Assembly: GCA_046757525.1 (NCBI GenBank) | Contig: JBHHYI010000002.1 | Coordinates: 19,314-83,313, forward strand | Length of the DNA stretch: 64,000 nt | Reading direction: 5' to 3' | DNA from: a bacterium | Lineage (GTDB): Bacteria; Zhuqueibacterota; Zhuqueibacteria; Oceanimicrobiales; Oceanimicrobiaceae | Shown: positions 19,226 to 28,822 of the stretch, one piece after another | Layout of the letters: every line of letters starts with the position of its first letter | How positions within the stretch are numbered: position 1 is the first letter of the stretch | The notes under the pieces: generated by a model | What the model saw: only the letters and a program-made list of their open reading frames with translations | Database searches by the model: none | What the model was told of the DNA's origin: nothing | Made by a program: the position numbers and the translations under genes

Positions 19226-20356
19226 TTGAATCTCGTGCTAAGCCCGGAAGAAAAAAAGCCCATCATTATTCTCGTTGGATTGATTGTTATTATCACTGTC
19301 TTGCATTACAGTACGACCACAACTAAAGGTTCCTTGCACGAAGTCTACAAGACTCTGTATTATATCCCGATTATCTTGGCTGCCTTTCATTTTGGCATCA
19401 AGGGGGGTTTGATAGCCTCATTAAGCATTAGTGCTGTGTATTTGCCCCACGTGATCTTTCAGTGGCGAGGAGAATTGGAGGAATTTACCCACCGTTTATT
19501 AGAAATTGGACTGTACAATGTGGCAGCGTACATTGTGGGCCGGCTGTCTCAAGGGGAGCGCGCAGAACGCAACAAATACGAGCAAGCCGCCGAACAACTG
19601 CGCGAATCGTATGAACAGCTCCAGCACCAGTCCGAGACTCTGGCTGAAGTAGAGGAGCAGTTACGACATTCAGACCGACTGTCGGTTATGGGGGAACTGG
19701 CTGCCAGTCTGGCGCATGAGGTACGGAATCCCCTGGGCTCCATTAAAGGGGCGGTAGAGATTCTGCAGGACGATTATCCCAAGGAGAATCCAAACTACCA
19801 GTTTCTACAAATCCTCGTCAAAGAAGTCAATCGTCTGAATCAGGTCATAGAGAATTTCCTGAGCCTGGCGCGTTCAAGGGTCTCGCAGATTCAGGAGTTA
19901 CCCCTGCAGGAGACTGTGAATTCCGTTGTCAACATTGTGTCAGCAAAGGCACACAAAGAGAAAGTGGCCATCGATTGTCGTTTTCCGGACCACCCTGTGC
20001 TCATAAAAGCCGATGAAAACAAATTTCGGCAAGTTTTGCTGAACCTTTTACTAAACGCCATGGCCGCTATCAACGGCGGCGGTCATATTACCATCGACTC
20101 TCAGGTCAATAACCGGCAGGCAGGCAATCGAATATTAGAGCTGACCATTTCTGACACGGGCAGCGGCATTCCGGAAAGCGAGATGAAAAATATCTTCAAG
20201 CCATTTTTTACCACGAAAGAACATGGCACAGGTTTAGGCTTACCCATTACCAAGCGCATCATAGAAGAGTGCAACTGGGAGCTTGGGATCGACAGCAAGG
20301 TCGGTGAGGGCACACAAGTCAGGGTGCGTATCCCCCTAAACGAGGAAACATCATGA
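19226..20356 (+). CDS. Membrane sensor histidine kinase with His-containing TM sensor region
   Basis: LAHEVRNPL H-box, QVLLNLLLNA, DTGSGI, PFFTTK..GTGLGL; N-terminal LHYST..LHEVY..YYIPI..YLPH; start uncertain (TTG). Confidence 0.93.
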   Translation: MNLVLSPEEKKPIIILVGLIVIITVLHYSTTTTKGSLHEVYKTLYYIPIILAAFHFGIKGGLIASLSISAVYLPHVIFQWRGELEEFTHRLLEIGLYNVAAYIVGRLSQGERAERNKYEQAAEQLRESYEQLQHQSETLAEVEEQLRHSDRLSVMGELAASLAHEVRNPLGSIKGAVEILQDDYPKENPNYQFLQILVKEVNRLNQVIENFLSLARSRVSQIQELPLQETVNSVVNIVSAKAHKEKVAIDCRFPDHPVLIKADENKFRQVLLNLLLNAMAAINGGGHITIDSQVNNRQAGNRILELTISDTGSGIPESEMKNIFKPFFTTKEHGTGLGLPITKRIIEECNWELGIDSKVGEGTQVRVRIPLNEETS

Positions 20357-21711
20357 AGCAGAATAGAATTTTACTCATTGATGACGATGAGAGCTTGCTG
20401 CAGGTGACCGCCCATCAGCTCAAGCAGGGAGGCTACCAGGTCACCACGGCCATGACTGGAGAGGAAGGTGTGGAGAAATTCAAGGGGGGCACCTTTGAGG
20501 TAGTCATCACCGATTTGGCCCTCCCGAAGATGAACGGCATCCAGGTCCTGATGGAAGTGAGGCGGCTGAATAAAGAAGTCGCAGTCATCATCATCACAGC
20601 CTTCGGCACTATTGAAAATGCGGTGGAAGCCTGTGCCCTGGGTGCGGATGACTACCTGACCAAACCCTTCAGCCGCGAGCAGCTTCGGTTCGTGCTGGAA
20701 AAAGCCCTGCGGCTCCGGCACCTGAAAGCGGAAAACCTGCAGCTCAAAAGTGCCCTGTTGGAAAAATACGACTTCACCAACATTGTGGCCAAAAGCGGCA
20801 AAATGCAAGAAGTGTTGAAGATGGTGGGCCGGGTCGCCGAGAGCGAAGCCACCGTGCTGATCCTGGGCGAAAGTGGCACCGGCAAGGAATTGGTGGCGAG
20901 AGCCATTCATTACAACAGTCCGCGCAAAAGCAGCCCTTTCATCACGGTGAACTGTCCCTCCATTCCGGACAACCTCCTGGAAAGCGAGCTCTTCGGTCAC
21001 GTAAAGGGCGCGTACACCGGAGCCACCAAAGACCGGCATGGCAAATTTGAACAGGCGGATGGCGGCACCATTTTCCTGGACGAGATTGGCGATCTGAAGC
21101 CCGAATTGCAAGCCAAGCTGCTGCGTGTGCTGCAAGAAAGAGAGGTTGAACGCGTGGGGGGAGATAAACCGATTAAAGTGGACATCCGGATTCTGGCCGC
21201 CACCAATCAGGATTTGCAAGCACGCGTGCAAGCTGGTACATTTCGCGAAGACTTGTTTTACCGGCTGACTGTCGTGCCCATCAGGATTCCCCCAATCAGG
21301 GAACGCAAAGAAGAAATCCCCTTTCTGGTTGACCACTTCTTGCACAAGTTTGCCCGCGGCCGTCGCTTGCAGGTGAGCGAACAAGCCATGCAAGCGCTGC
21401 TGGATTATGACTGGCCGGGCAACGTGCGAGAAATAGAAAACGCCATGGAACGGGCTGCTATTCTGAGCACCACGGAGATGATTACACCTGACGTTCTACC
21501 GCCACAACTGCGACCCACAGAGTTAAATGTCATGGACGGCAATGTCATCCGCATCCCCGATGCAGGCATGGCGTTAGAAGAAATCGAACGCCGCTGCATT
21601 CAAATAGCTCTGGATAAATCGGGCGGCAACCAGACCCGTGCTGCCAAATTCTTGCAAGTCCCCAGACATATTCTTCTGTATCGGATGCGGAAGTTGAAAG
21701 TTGGGCAGTAA
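20353..21711 (+). CDS. Sigma-54-dependent NtrC-family response regulator
   Basis: Receiver domain, GESGTGKE, ESELFGHVKGAYTGA (GAFTGA variant), FLDEIG, WPGNVRE, Fis-type HTH. Confidence 0.96.
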   Translation: MKQNRILLIDDDESLLQVTAHQLKQGGYQVTTAMTGEEGVEKFKGGTFEVVITDLALPKMNGIQVLMEVRRLNKEVAVIIITAFGTIENAVEACALGADDYLTKPFSREQLRFVLEKALRLRHLKAENLQLKSALLEKYDFTNIVAKSGKMQEVLKMVGRVAESEATVLILGESGTGKELVARAIHYNSPRKSSPFITVNCPSIPDNLLESELFGHVKGAYTGATKDRHGKFEQADGGTIFLDEIGDLKPELQAKLLRVLQEREVERVGGDKPIKVDIRILAATNQDLQARVQAGTFREDLFYRLTVVPIRIPPIRERKEEIPFLVDHFLHKFARGRRLQVSEQAMQALLDYDWPGNVREIENAMERAAILSTTEMITPDVLPPQLRPTELNVMDGNVIRIPDAGMALEEIERRCIQIALDKSGGNQTRAAKFLQVPRHILLYRMRKLKVGQ

Positions 21712-21766
21712 CTCTAACAATTCAATGAATGACGGGGCACCAACCACAAAAATAGCGACGAGCGCT

Positions 21767-23110
21767 ATGCACAAGCGATTGAACCGCATGGCTGTTTTAG
21801 CCTGCATTTTTTCGGCTGTCTTCTTACTCACACCGCAGAGACAAACGGTCTACGCACAGCAGACTCCGGATTTGCACGCCACAATTGATTCCATCAGCCA
21901 GGATATTGCCAAAATCCGTGGCCTGCCGTTCAAGCACCGGGTCAACGTTCAGAAACAGTCGCTGCACGATTTTGGTCTCTTTCTCGACAGAACCGTCCTG
22001 CAACAGATGCCTGAATTGCGACTCAGCTATTATGGGAAGATCGTAAAAATGCTTGGATTGTACCGCGGCCCGGAGATTGCAGATTTCAAATCAATGGCAA
22101 AACTGATCATGCAAAGTCAAGCGGCCGCCTATTACGATCCGGCTACAAACACGTTTTACGTGGTCATGCCGGACATTCCCAGGCAGATGCTAAGCACGGT
22201 TTACGCGCACGAGCTTTACCACGGGTTGCAGGATCAATACTTCAACCTGGAGCAATACCTGCTTTCACAAACCAGCGGGGCCCTAAATGACGACGAGTTG
22301 CTTGCACGCCAGGCAGTGGTCGAAGGCGAAGCCACCTACATCATGACCCTCTGGTCCGTTGAGAAGATGCTGGGTTCTCTACCTCAACCATCCATGCTAC
22401 GGATGATGATCGACATGCAAGCCCAAATGGACACGAAGAAAATGCTGGAAATCCTGAAAAGCGAAGCCTTGCCAATGGCAAGCGAAAGCGATGTTGCGAA
22501 AGCCGTTCACGCGCTGGAAGATATCCCCCCTTTCCTCGTCGAAACCCTGATGGGGGTCTATCTGAAGGGCATGGCATTTATCTTTCACATTCAACAACAG
22601 GGTTGGCAGAAGGTCAGCCAGCTCTACGATCCCAACAGGGCGCCGGTGTCTACTGAACAAATCCTTCACGCCGAGAAATGGCTAAAGCAAGAAAAACCGT
22701 TTAAGTACCAGTGGCCTTTCTTTGAGAACGAAGCGACCTTTGAAGGGTGGGAAGTACTCGACAGCAACACGATTGGGGAGTTTCAGTGGCGAATAATCTT
22801 CTCAGAGTACGACATGGCCAATGTAGCCAGGATAGCGGCGGACGGCTGGGATGGCGACAGTTACGCTATCCTCAAAAACAGCACTAGCGACGATCTGATT
22901 TTGCTGCTCGTCACAAACTGGGACACCACAAAGGACGCCGAGGAATTTGCCACAAACTACCAGGCGCTTTTGAAAGTTAAGCAACGCGAAAGTCCCGAAC
23001 CTGCGAAAGTCGCACAGGAAAACAAAGAGGTTATCGTCGTTGAGGGAGGACGGGAAGGCTCATTAGACGCTATGGTCGCTTTTGTAAGAAAAGTCGCCAA
23101 GTCAAAGTAG
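21767..23110 (+). CDS. Secreted putative zinc metallopeptidase (zincin-like); start uncertain (21701-21788)
   Basis: Signal peptide, AYYDP, HELYHGLQDQ plus downstream EGEAT, PVSTEQILH, GWDGD. Confidence 0.75.
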   Translation: MHKRLNRMAVLACIFSAVFLLTPQRQTVYAQQTPDLHATIDSISQDIAKIRGLPFKHRVNVQKQSLHDFGLFLDRTVLQQMPELRLSYYGKIVKMLGLYRGPEIADFKSMAKLIMQSQAAAYYDPATNTFYVVMPDIPRQMLSTVYAHELYHGLQDQYFNLEQYLLSQTSGALNDDELLARQAVVEGEATYIMTLWSVEKMLGSLPQPSMLRMMIDMQAQMDTKKMLEILKSEALPMASESDVAKAVHALEDIPPFLVETLMGVYLKGMAFIFHIQQQGWQKVSQLYDPNRAPVSTEQILHAEKWLKQEKPFKYQWPFFENEATFEGWEVLDSNTIGEFQWRIIFSEYDMANVARIAADGWDGDSYAILKNSTSDDLILLLVTNWDTTKDAEEFATNYQALLKVKQRESPEPAKVAQENKEVIVVEGGREGSLDAMVAFVRKVAKSK

Positions 23111-23135
23111 AGGCCGTAGATTACACCAATTTCTT

Positions 23136-23588
23136 TCACGCAAATCTTTGCCGTAAATGCGGTTTCTCCCGGCTCTTTAGCTGCTTTTCAATGTACCTGA
23201 GCTGTTCGTTAATGATCGCTTTGAGTATCATTGTTTTTGTCGAAGGGTGTGTTATTCTTTCGAGTTTCTTTCTCTGCTTAAGCAAAAAGCGTTTCTCTAA
23301 CAACAACCGCCTGCGCCAATCAGCCTTCAGCGGGGCACGGTGGGATTCCGCGATTTGTTCAATGGCGCGGCAGCCTTTGAGGAGCTGTTTGGCAGTGTTA
23401 AACTCTGGTAAGCGGGATTCTCTGACCGCTCTCGTTGCCTGGTGCCACAAGGCATGTTTGAGCGATGGTCTTGCTGGATTCCCTGCTTCGGTTTTCTTCG
23501 CGCTTGAACTGTGGTCGATCCCACTCGTTTGCAGGGCAACCAGGCTCACAATTAGCAGCCCCTTTAATTTGAAGCTATGATTCTGCAA
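23136..23588 (-). CDS. Hypothetical exported basic helical protein
   Basis: Strong SD AAGGAGGTGA before TTG; upstream sigma-54-like promoter. Confidence 0.6.
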   Translation of the reverse strand: MQNHSFKLKGLLIVSLVALQTSGIDHSSSAKKTEAGNPARPSLKHALWHQATRAVRESRLPEFNTAKQLLKGCRAIEQIAESHRAPLKADWRRRLLLEKRFLLKQRKKLERITHPSTKTMILKAIINEQLRYIEKQLKSREKPHLRQRFA

Positions 23589-23632
23589 AATTCACCTCCT
23601 TGCAAATAAGCGGTCCGTTGCAGAATCCCCAT

Positions 23633-23647
23633 ACAAAGCAAGTGCCG
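23633..23647 (-). promoter_or_regulatory. Candidate sigma-54 promoter
   Basis: CGGCACTTGCTTTGT on the minus strand, 45 bp upstream of 23588. Confidence 0.5.
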
Positions 23648-23959
23648 GAACGGGAAAACGGCTGTTTCGAAATGGAATTTTGATTCCGCCAGGAAAGGAC
23701 TCACTCTGCTTTGCAAGTTAGCTGGAACCGCAGCACCAGAACGTCCTGTAACTGTTTAAAAATCAATATCATTAAAACAATATCTTATGCCGCTGCGGGT
23801 TCAAAACAGATTGACTTTCACCACAGACAGGACCTGCATGAAGGCTGCAAACAAAGAAAAGCTGGCAAACGCAGTCCGGCTTTCAAAAGCGCGGGGAAAA
23901 TAATTCCAATTGAGGACTCAACGGTAGGCAAAAAAGTGTGCTCTGCGCCCCCTGATGGT

Positions 23960-25261
23960 TCATCGTGCTACCTTGGGTCGGGCACCCACTTCGGCGTTTT
24001 TCAAGACGGCACGAATCGTGCTCCAAAGGTTGTATTTTTCAATGGTACTCAGGTCATAGATGTACAAACCATTGGTTTGTTCCATGGCCATAGTCAGGGC
24101 AAGCTTGAATTCATCGCGATTGCTCCGGAATTGTTCTGCCCAAACTGAGGCATAAACAGGGCGATAGCTGTCAACCGCTTCCATGGCCAGCTTGGTCGCG
24201 CCTTCGATGCTCATCCACCATTCGGCCCCCACTTTTTCGGCTTGATCCATATCGAGGCGTGGAAAGTAGCAGGCGGCAATTAGATAATCCACCAAATTCA
24301 CTATGCTTGTGTTGTGATACTTCGGCGTCGACCAATCTGCATCAAAAGCGTAATTGGGGCTTGCCCAGTTAACTCCATATTCATAATAGGTGGGATACCA
24401 CGCACCCACCAGATTGCCAATTTCAATGTTCCGGTTGACCTCTCTCACTTTTTGAACCAATCTGGTCAAGAAGGTCTTAATACTGCGGGACCGAAATTCA
24501 ATCCAGCGTTGAAAAAAGTTGCCAGGCACAATCTGCCATTCATCGTTCTGGTATTGCCATTCATACACATCCTTGGGCCACCATTGAAAGTTTGAGCCTT
24601 GCCCTATCGACTGCAAGAAAACCCCTTTGGTATAATCAGAAAAATCTGACTCAATGCTGTTGAACCGGATTCTATCGAAAATGATGTTGTCCACTTTGTA
24701 CTTTTTCAAGAATTCAGTCACCACGCGTATTTCATAGTCCTGCACTTCTTGCAGCAGTGGATTGACAAACGCCGCCGTGCCAAACGCCCAATCGGTGATC
24801 GGCATGACTTTCGGCTCATTCTCATCGACGACATAGACATAAGTTTGCCACTCGGGCTTATCGTTGTAAACAGGTCCCCGCCTCTGGAGCATGTGACCTT
24901 CAGAAAAAATAGTAAACACTGGGTAGAATTGGATTTTACGTTTTCTGCACTCTTCCTGAAAAATCTTCACCGGATCGAGATTCAACGGCAACCGGTAATC
25001 TTCCCAATCCAGCAGTCTGGGGGCTATTTTACTCTCGTAGAGGACTTCGCCGCTTAAACATTTCACGCCCAAAGCAATCGCTTCAATTCCGGCACTTTGG
25101 ACGCGTGTTATTATGTTGATGATGCCACCCCGACTGCTTATTTTCTTGATGTTTGAAATGGGGTCGCACCAAAGAACAGCAGGCCGGTCTGATTTCTGTG
25201 AGTAACTGAGCGTGAAATCAAATAGGAGAAAAGCAAGCAACACGAAGAGTCGTGGCAACAT
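23960..25261 (-). CDS. Glycoside hydrolase-like TIM-barrel protein (GHL10/DUF187-like)
   Basis: Signal peptide, FVNPL..VQDY, IIFDRIRF, WIEFRS, GAWYPTYYEYGVNWAS. Confidence 0.75.
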   Translation of the reverse strand: MLPRLFVLLAFLLFDFTLSYSQKSDRPAVLWCDPISNIKKISSRGGIINIITRVQSAGIEAIALGVKCLSGEVLYESKIAPRLLDWEDYRLPLNLDPVKIFQEECRKRKIQFYPVFTIFSEGHMLQRRGPVYNDKPEWQTYVYVVDENEPKVMPITDWAFGTAAFVNPLLQEVQDYEIRVVTEFLKKYKVDNIIFDRIRFNSIESDFSDYTKGVFLQSIGQGSNFQWWPKDVYEWQYQNDEWQIVPGNFFQRWIEFRSRSIKTFLTRLVQKVREVNRNIEIGNLVGAWYPTYYEYGVNWASPNYAFDADWSTPKYHNTSIVNLVDYLIAACYFPRLDMDQAEKVGAEWWMSIEGATKLAMEAVDSYRPVYASVWAEQFRSNRDEFKLALTMAMEQTNGLYIYDLSTIEKYNLWSTIRAVLKNAEVGARPKVAR

Positions 25262-25277
25262 TCAAGGCTCCAGGTCT

Positions 25278-25541
25278 CTAAAATAATATTCTGCTAAAAG
25301 CGAGGCTTAACAGGCCCAACAAAGTGATGGCTATGCCTATGGCGACCGAGATCGCACCAGATTCGTGCTTTTTGAAGACCAGGCTGATCCCAAAAGAGGC
25401 TAACAACATGCCAAAAAATACGGTAAATCGATGGGTACTCAATCCCACCAGCAAACAGAAAACAGCCCAAATGACCCATTTTTCCTGAGTCGTGAAGCCT
25501 CTTTTTTGTTTCTTTATCTCTTGCATCAGCGGTGCACTCAA
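25278..25541 (-). CDS. Small hypothetical membrane protein
   Basis: Three hydrophobic segments; same strand as and close to the GH gene. Confidence 0.5.
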   Translation of the reverse strand: MSAPLMQEIKKQKRGFTTQEKWVIWAVFCLLVGLSTHRFTVFFGMLLASFGISLVFKKHESGAISVAIGIAITLLGLLSLAFSRILF

Positions 25542-25588
25542 CGAAAGGTAAAAATCTTATTTGATTTTAACAAACGTTTTTTGCAAAT

Positions 25589-25618
25589 AAAAAGGCAGGA
25601 AATTGGATTTCCTGCCTT
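25589..25618 (-). terminator. Intrinsic terminator of the prkA operon
   Basis: 12-bp stem aaggcaggaaat/atttcctgcctt with a U-tract on the minus strand. Confidence 0.8.
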
Positions 25619-25646
25619 CTTGTTTCTGCGAATGGTGAGATTGTCG

Positions 25647-26171
25647 CTATACCCGGCCATAGGAACCTGCCAAATCATTCAGCAGATTCTCAAACACCTC
25701 CTCCGTCAAGTTAAACGGGATGCGCGAGCGCTTTTTTGCGCCCTGGTTGTCGATTTCATATCGTTGCAACACCAACGTTCCCAGGGCATCCAAAATGATT
25801 TCGAAATACGTAACGGTGCTTTTCTCTCGTCTCGGCGACTCACTTCGCAACTGAATTCTCGCATTGTTAGCGTCTATTTCAATGATAGCCAGGTTTTCCA
25901 ACAGATAGCCAATGTTCTCCGCCAAATAGTTCGCTTGTTCTTTCAACGCGCTCAACTCGGTAGCCTGCTGGCCCGCTTCATTTTCTGAAGTCAACTCGAT
26001 CTTGTCGATCAAATAACTGTATTTGTCGAAATCTTTGACCTCCACCCGTAAATTAATTCCGTGGTGCAGGTGGTTAAAAACATAATCTTCGTTCTGGCCA
26101 GTTAAACCAAGCTCTTTTTGTTCGAAAAGATAATTCTGTAGTTTCTCCAGCGCAGTTCTGCCAATCTTCAT
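25647..26171 (-). CDS. Hypothetical protein, fourth gene of the prkA-yeaH-spoVR operon
   Basis: SD GAGGAGG before ATG 26171; 18 bp after the spoVR stop. Confidence 0.8.
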   Translation of the reverse strand: MKIGRTALEKLQNYLFEQKELGLTGQNEDYVFNHLHHGINLRVEVKDFDKYSYLIDKIELTSENEAGQQATELSALKEQANYLAENIGYLLENLAIIEIDANNARIQLRSESPRREKSTVTYFEIILDALGTLVLQRYEIDNQGAKKRSRIPFNLTEEVFENLLNDLAGSYGRV

Positions 26172-26189
26172 GGGTGTCACCTCCTCAAA

Positions 26190-27680
26190 TTAATCTATTT
26201 CAATTTCTGTGTGTTCATTACCATCATAACTTAATAGCGTTTTCACCTCTTCGATTATGGTTTCCAGGTGCACCGGTCGCGTCCAAATTTTGAACAGGTT
26301 TTTCAGAGTATCCCTGGCTTCGTTGTCTTGAAGGTCGACACCTTCATGTTGGTGAACAAGGTACAGTTCACCGCGATTAAGATAATTTGCATCCACGACA
26401 TAAATGAACGGTTGTCCAAAATTTGTCAAGCTGAATAGTAATTTTTCCTTGACTTGTTTGAAATCTCTATCCGTAATTTCGTATAGATTGTTTCGATCGT
26501 TGTAATTATATACGAACAATTTTTGTTCTCTGCAAAAATCCGGTGTCAAAAAAGCGTCGATGAACATCAGGTCGTTATAGAGTTTACGCACTTCAAAGAT
26601 CTTTTCGGTGCCTAAACCTGTGTCTCGATTCCAGTTTTTCTTGGTTAGCCAATCGTCGCATTCGTCATACTCTTTGCCGAATTTCCCTTTGTTCCAACGG
26701 TCTTCGATGTCCCGAAAAAGCTCCACACCTAACTTGTAGGGATTCAACCTGCCCGTGCCGGTTAGCAAAGTTCCTGAGTGGTGGTCGGCGTAATCAATTA
26801 CTTCAGAGTCCGACAGACATTTTTCGGTCATGATTTTGGAATGCCAGTAGGTAGCCCAGCCTTCGTTCATGATCTTTGTCTGTCCCTGGGGCGCGAAGTA
26901 GTAGGCTTCTTCACGGACGATTGAAAGAATGTCCCGCTGCCACTTCTCCAAGGGTGCGTTCTCGATCAAAAACTTAAGAATGTCGCGTTCTGGCTCCTCG
27001 GGATGCTTATGTTTCTGCTCTTTTTCGCGTTCGTCCGCCAATTGTCTTTGTTGCTCCAAAAACTCCGCTGGATTAATGTACGCGTCCATGTACGACTTGC
27101 TTTTCAGCTTCAACGGTGTGCTGGTTTCGGGTGCTTCCTCCCCCACAGCCAGCATATCATCGTCCCTATTGCGCTTTATGAATTCTGAGTGCAGATCGAT
27201 CAAATTCTCCAGTGACAGGCAGGTGTCAATGAAGTCCTCGACCACTTCAACACTGCGACTTTCGACGTAACGACGAATTTGGGTGGCATGATTAGCCATT
27301 TCATCCATCATTTTTCTGTTTGTATTCTGGAAACAAAGGTTGTTCTTAAAGAAATCGCAGTGGGCGTGCACATGCGCCATGACCAGCTTCTGGTCGACCA
27401 AGTTGTTGCTCTTCATCAAATAAGCATAGCAGGGATCGTTGTTGATCACCAACTCGTAGATTTTCTGCAAGCCGTAGGAATAGCCCTTGGAAAGCTCCTC
27501 GTATTCCATGCCAAAGCGCCAATGCGGATACCTGGTAGGAAATCCACCATAGCTGGCCACTTCATTCAACTCATCAAACTCGACGACCTCAAAGATGGTC
27601 TCAAAAAAGTCTAAGCCGAAATCCGAGGCGTAACCTTTGATTTCCTCTTGAATATCGACGAGATGTTTAGGTAGATTCAT
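26190..27680 (-). CDS. spoVR: SpoVR/YcgB family protein
   Basis: GGFPTRYPHWRFG, KIYELVINNDPCYAYL, HVHAHCDFFKNN, QTKIMNEGWATYWH, NPYKLG. Confidence 0.95.
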   Translation of the reverse strand: MNLPKHLVDIQEEIKGYASDFGLDFFETIFEVVEFDELNEVASYGGFPTRYPHWRFGMEYEELSKGYSYGLQKIYELVINNDPCYAYLMKSNNLVDQKLVMAHVHAHCDFFKNNLCFQNTNRKMMDEMANHATQIRRYVESRSVEVVEDFIDTCLSLENLIDLHSEFIKRNRDDDMLAVGEEAPETSTPLKLKSKSYMDAYINPAEFLEQQRQLADEREKEQKHKHPEEPERDILKFLIENAPLEKWQRDILSIVREEAYYFAPQGQTKIMNEGWATYWHSKIMTEKCLSDSEVIDYADHHSGTLLTGTGRLNPYKLGVELFRDIEDRWNKGKFGKEYDECDDWLTKKNWNRDTGLGTEKIFEVRKLYNDLMFIDAFLTPDFCREQKLFVYNYNDRNNLYEITDRDFKQVKEKLLFSLTNFGQPFIYVVDANYLNRGELYLVHQHEGVDLQDNEARDTLKNLFKIWTRPVHLETIIEEVKTLLSYDGNEHTEIEID

Positions 27681-27702
27681 CGTGATCCTTACGGCTTAAC
27701 TG

Positions 27703-28806
27703 TTATTTGCCCTTGCCCAAGAACTGCTTAATAGAATCGTAAATGCCCTCTTTGTCGAGTATTTCAGAAAAAACGATCTTGTCTTCTTCGTGAAAGTAGT
27801 CTTCCAAGTCCTGAATGAACTGCCCGCTGCCGTAGGGACTTTCAACCTGACCGTAACAAAATAGATTCGATTTTGGAATCAAATGTGTCTCGAGTATTGC
27901 GATGCACTCGTCCGTATCGATTTCGCCCCAATTATCGCCATCGGAAAAATGGAAGAGATAGATGTTCCACTCAGATGGACTGTAAGACTCACCGATCAGT
28001 CTGTTGGCTAACTTGTACGCAGAAGAAATAATGGTGCCGCCGCTTTCCCGAGTGTGATAGAAAGTGTCCTTGTCGACGATGCGCGCCACCGCATCATGGA
28101 TGATGTAGCGAGTCTCAATATTTTTGTACTGGTATCTCAACCAGGTGTCTATCCAAAACGCCTCAATTCGAACAATCTCTTTTTGCTCTTCACCCATGGA
28201 ACCCGAAACATCCATCATGTAGATGATCACGGCGTTGCTCTCCGGCTCCTGCGTAACTTTCCAGGATCTATATCTTCGATCTTCGCGAATGGGGATGATG
28301 ACGGGGTTGTCCGGGTTGTAGGTCTGCATTATGAGTTGCCGCTTCAAAGCCTGCTTGTACGTTCTCTTAAAATGCTTTAGAGAGTCAGGCCCGGTTTGAC
28401 TAATACCGGTGTATTTATCCTTGTTGTCAGTGATGTTTTTCTTCCCCTTAGGCTCGACGTTGGGCAATTCCAATTCCTCGCCCAACATTTGCGCAAGTTC
28501 ATCCAGCGTAATGTCAACTTCCAGGATGTGTTCGCCAGGAGCATCCCCGGCACCTGGGCCCGGTTGCAACTCACCACGTCCCAGCGGGGTTCCGATGGCA
28601 CCTTCGCCTTGACCCACGCCACCCGCCTTCTTGGTGCCGTAACGAAAATGCGGAATACGAATCTGCGGCAAAGGAATGCTGACGAAATCTTTGCCCTTCT
28701 TTCCGATCAACTCCCCGCGTGTAATATACTTTCTGAGATCCTTTTTGACCTTACCACGGATGATTTGCCGAAAACGATTCTGATCCTTGTCAATTCGTTT
28801 AACCAT
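27703..28806 (-). CDS. YeaH/YhbH (DUF444) vWA-like protein
   Basis: [40 protein letters not shown]. Confidence 0.94.
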   Translation of the reverse strand: MVKRIDKDQNRFRQIIRGKVKKDLRKYITRGELIGKKGKDFVSIPLPQIRIPHFRYGTKKAGGVGQGEGAIGTPLGRGELQPGPGAGDAPGEHILEVDITLDELAQMLGEELELPNVEPKGKKNITDNKDKYTGISQTGPDSLKHFKRTYKQALKRQLIMQTYNPDNPVIIPIREDRRYRSWKVTQEPESNAVIIYMMDVSGSMGEEQKEIVRIEAFWIDTWLRYQYKNIETRYIIHDAVARIVDKDTFYHTRESGGTIISSAYKLANRLIGESYSPSEWNIYLFHFSDGDNWGEIDTDECIAILETHLIPKSNLFCYGQVESPYGSGQFIQDLEDYFHEEDKIVFSEILDKEGIYDSIKQFLGKGK

Positions 28807-28822
28807 TGTTTCAGTACTTCTT

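Noticed and set aside
23711..24148. 145-aa plus-strand ORF
   Set aside because: TTG start without RBS, overlaps the GH gene 3' end in antisense, no motif
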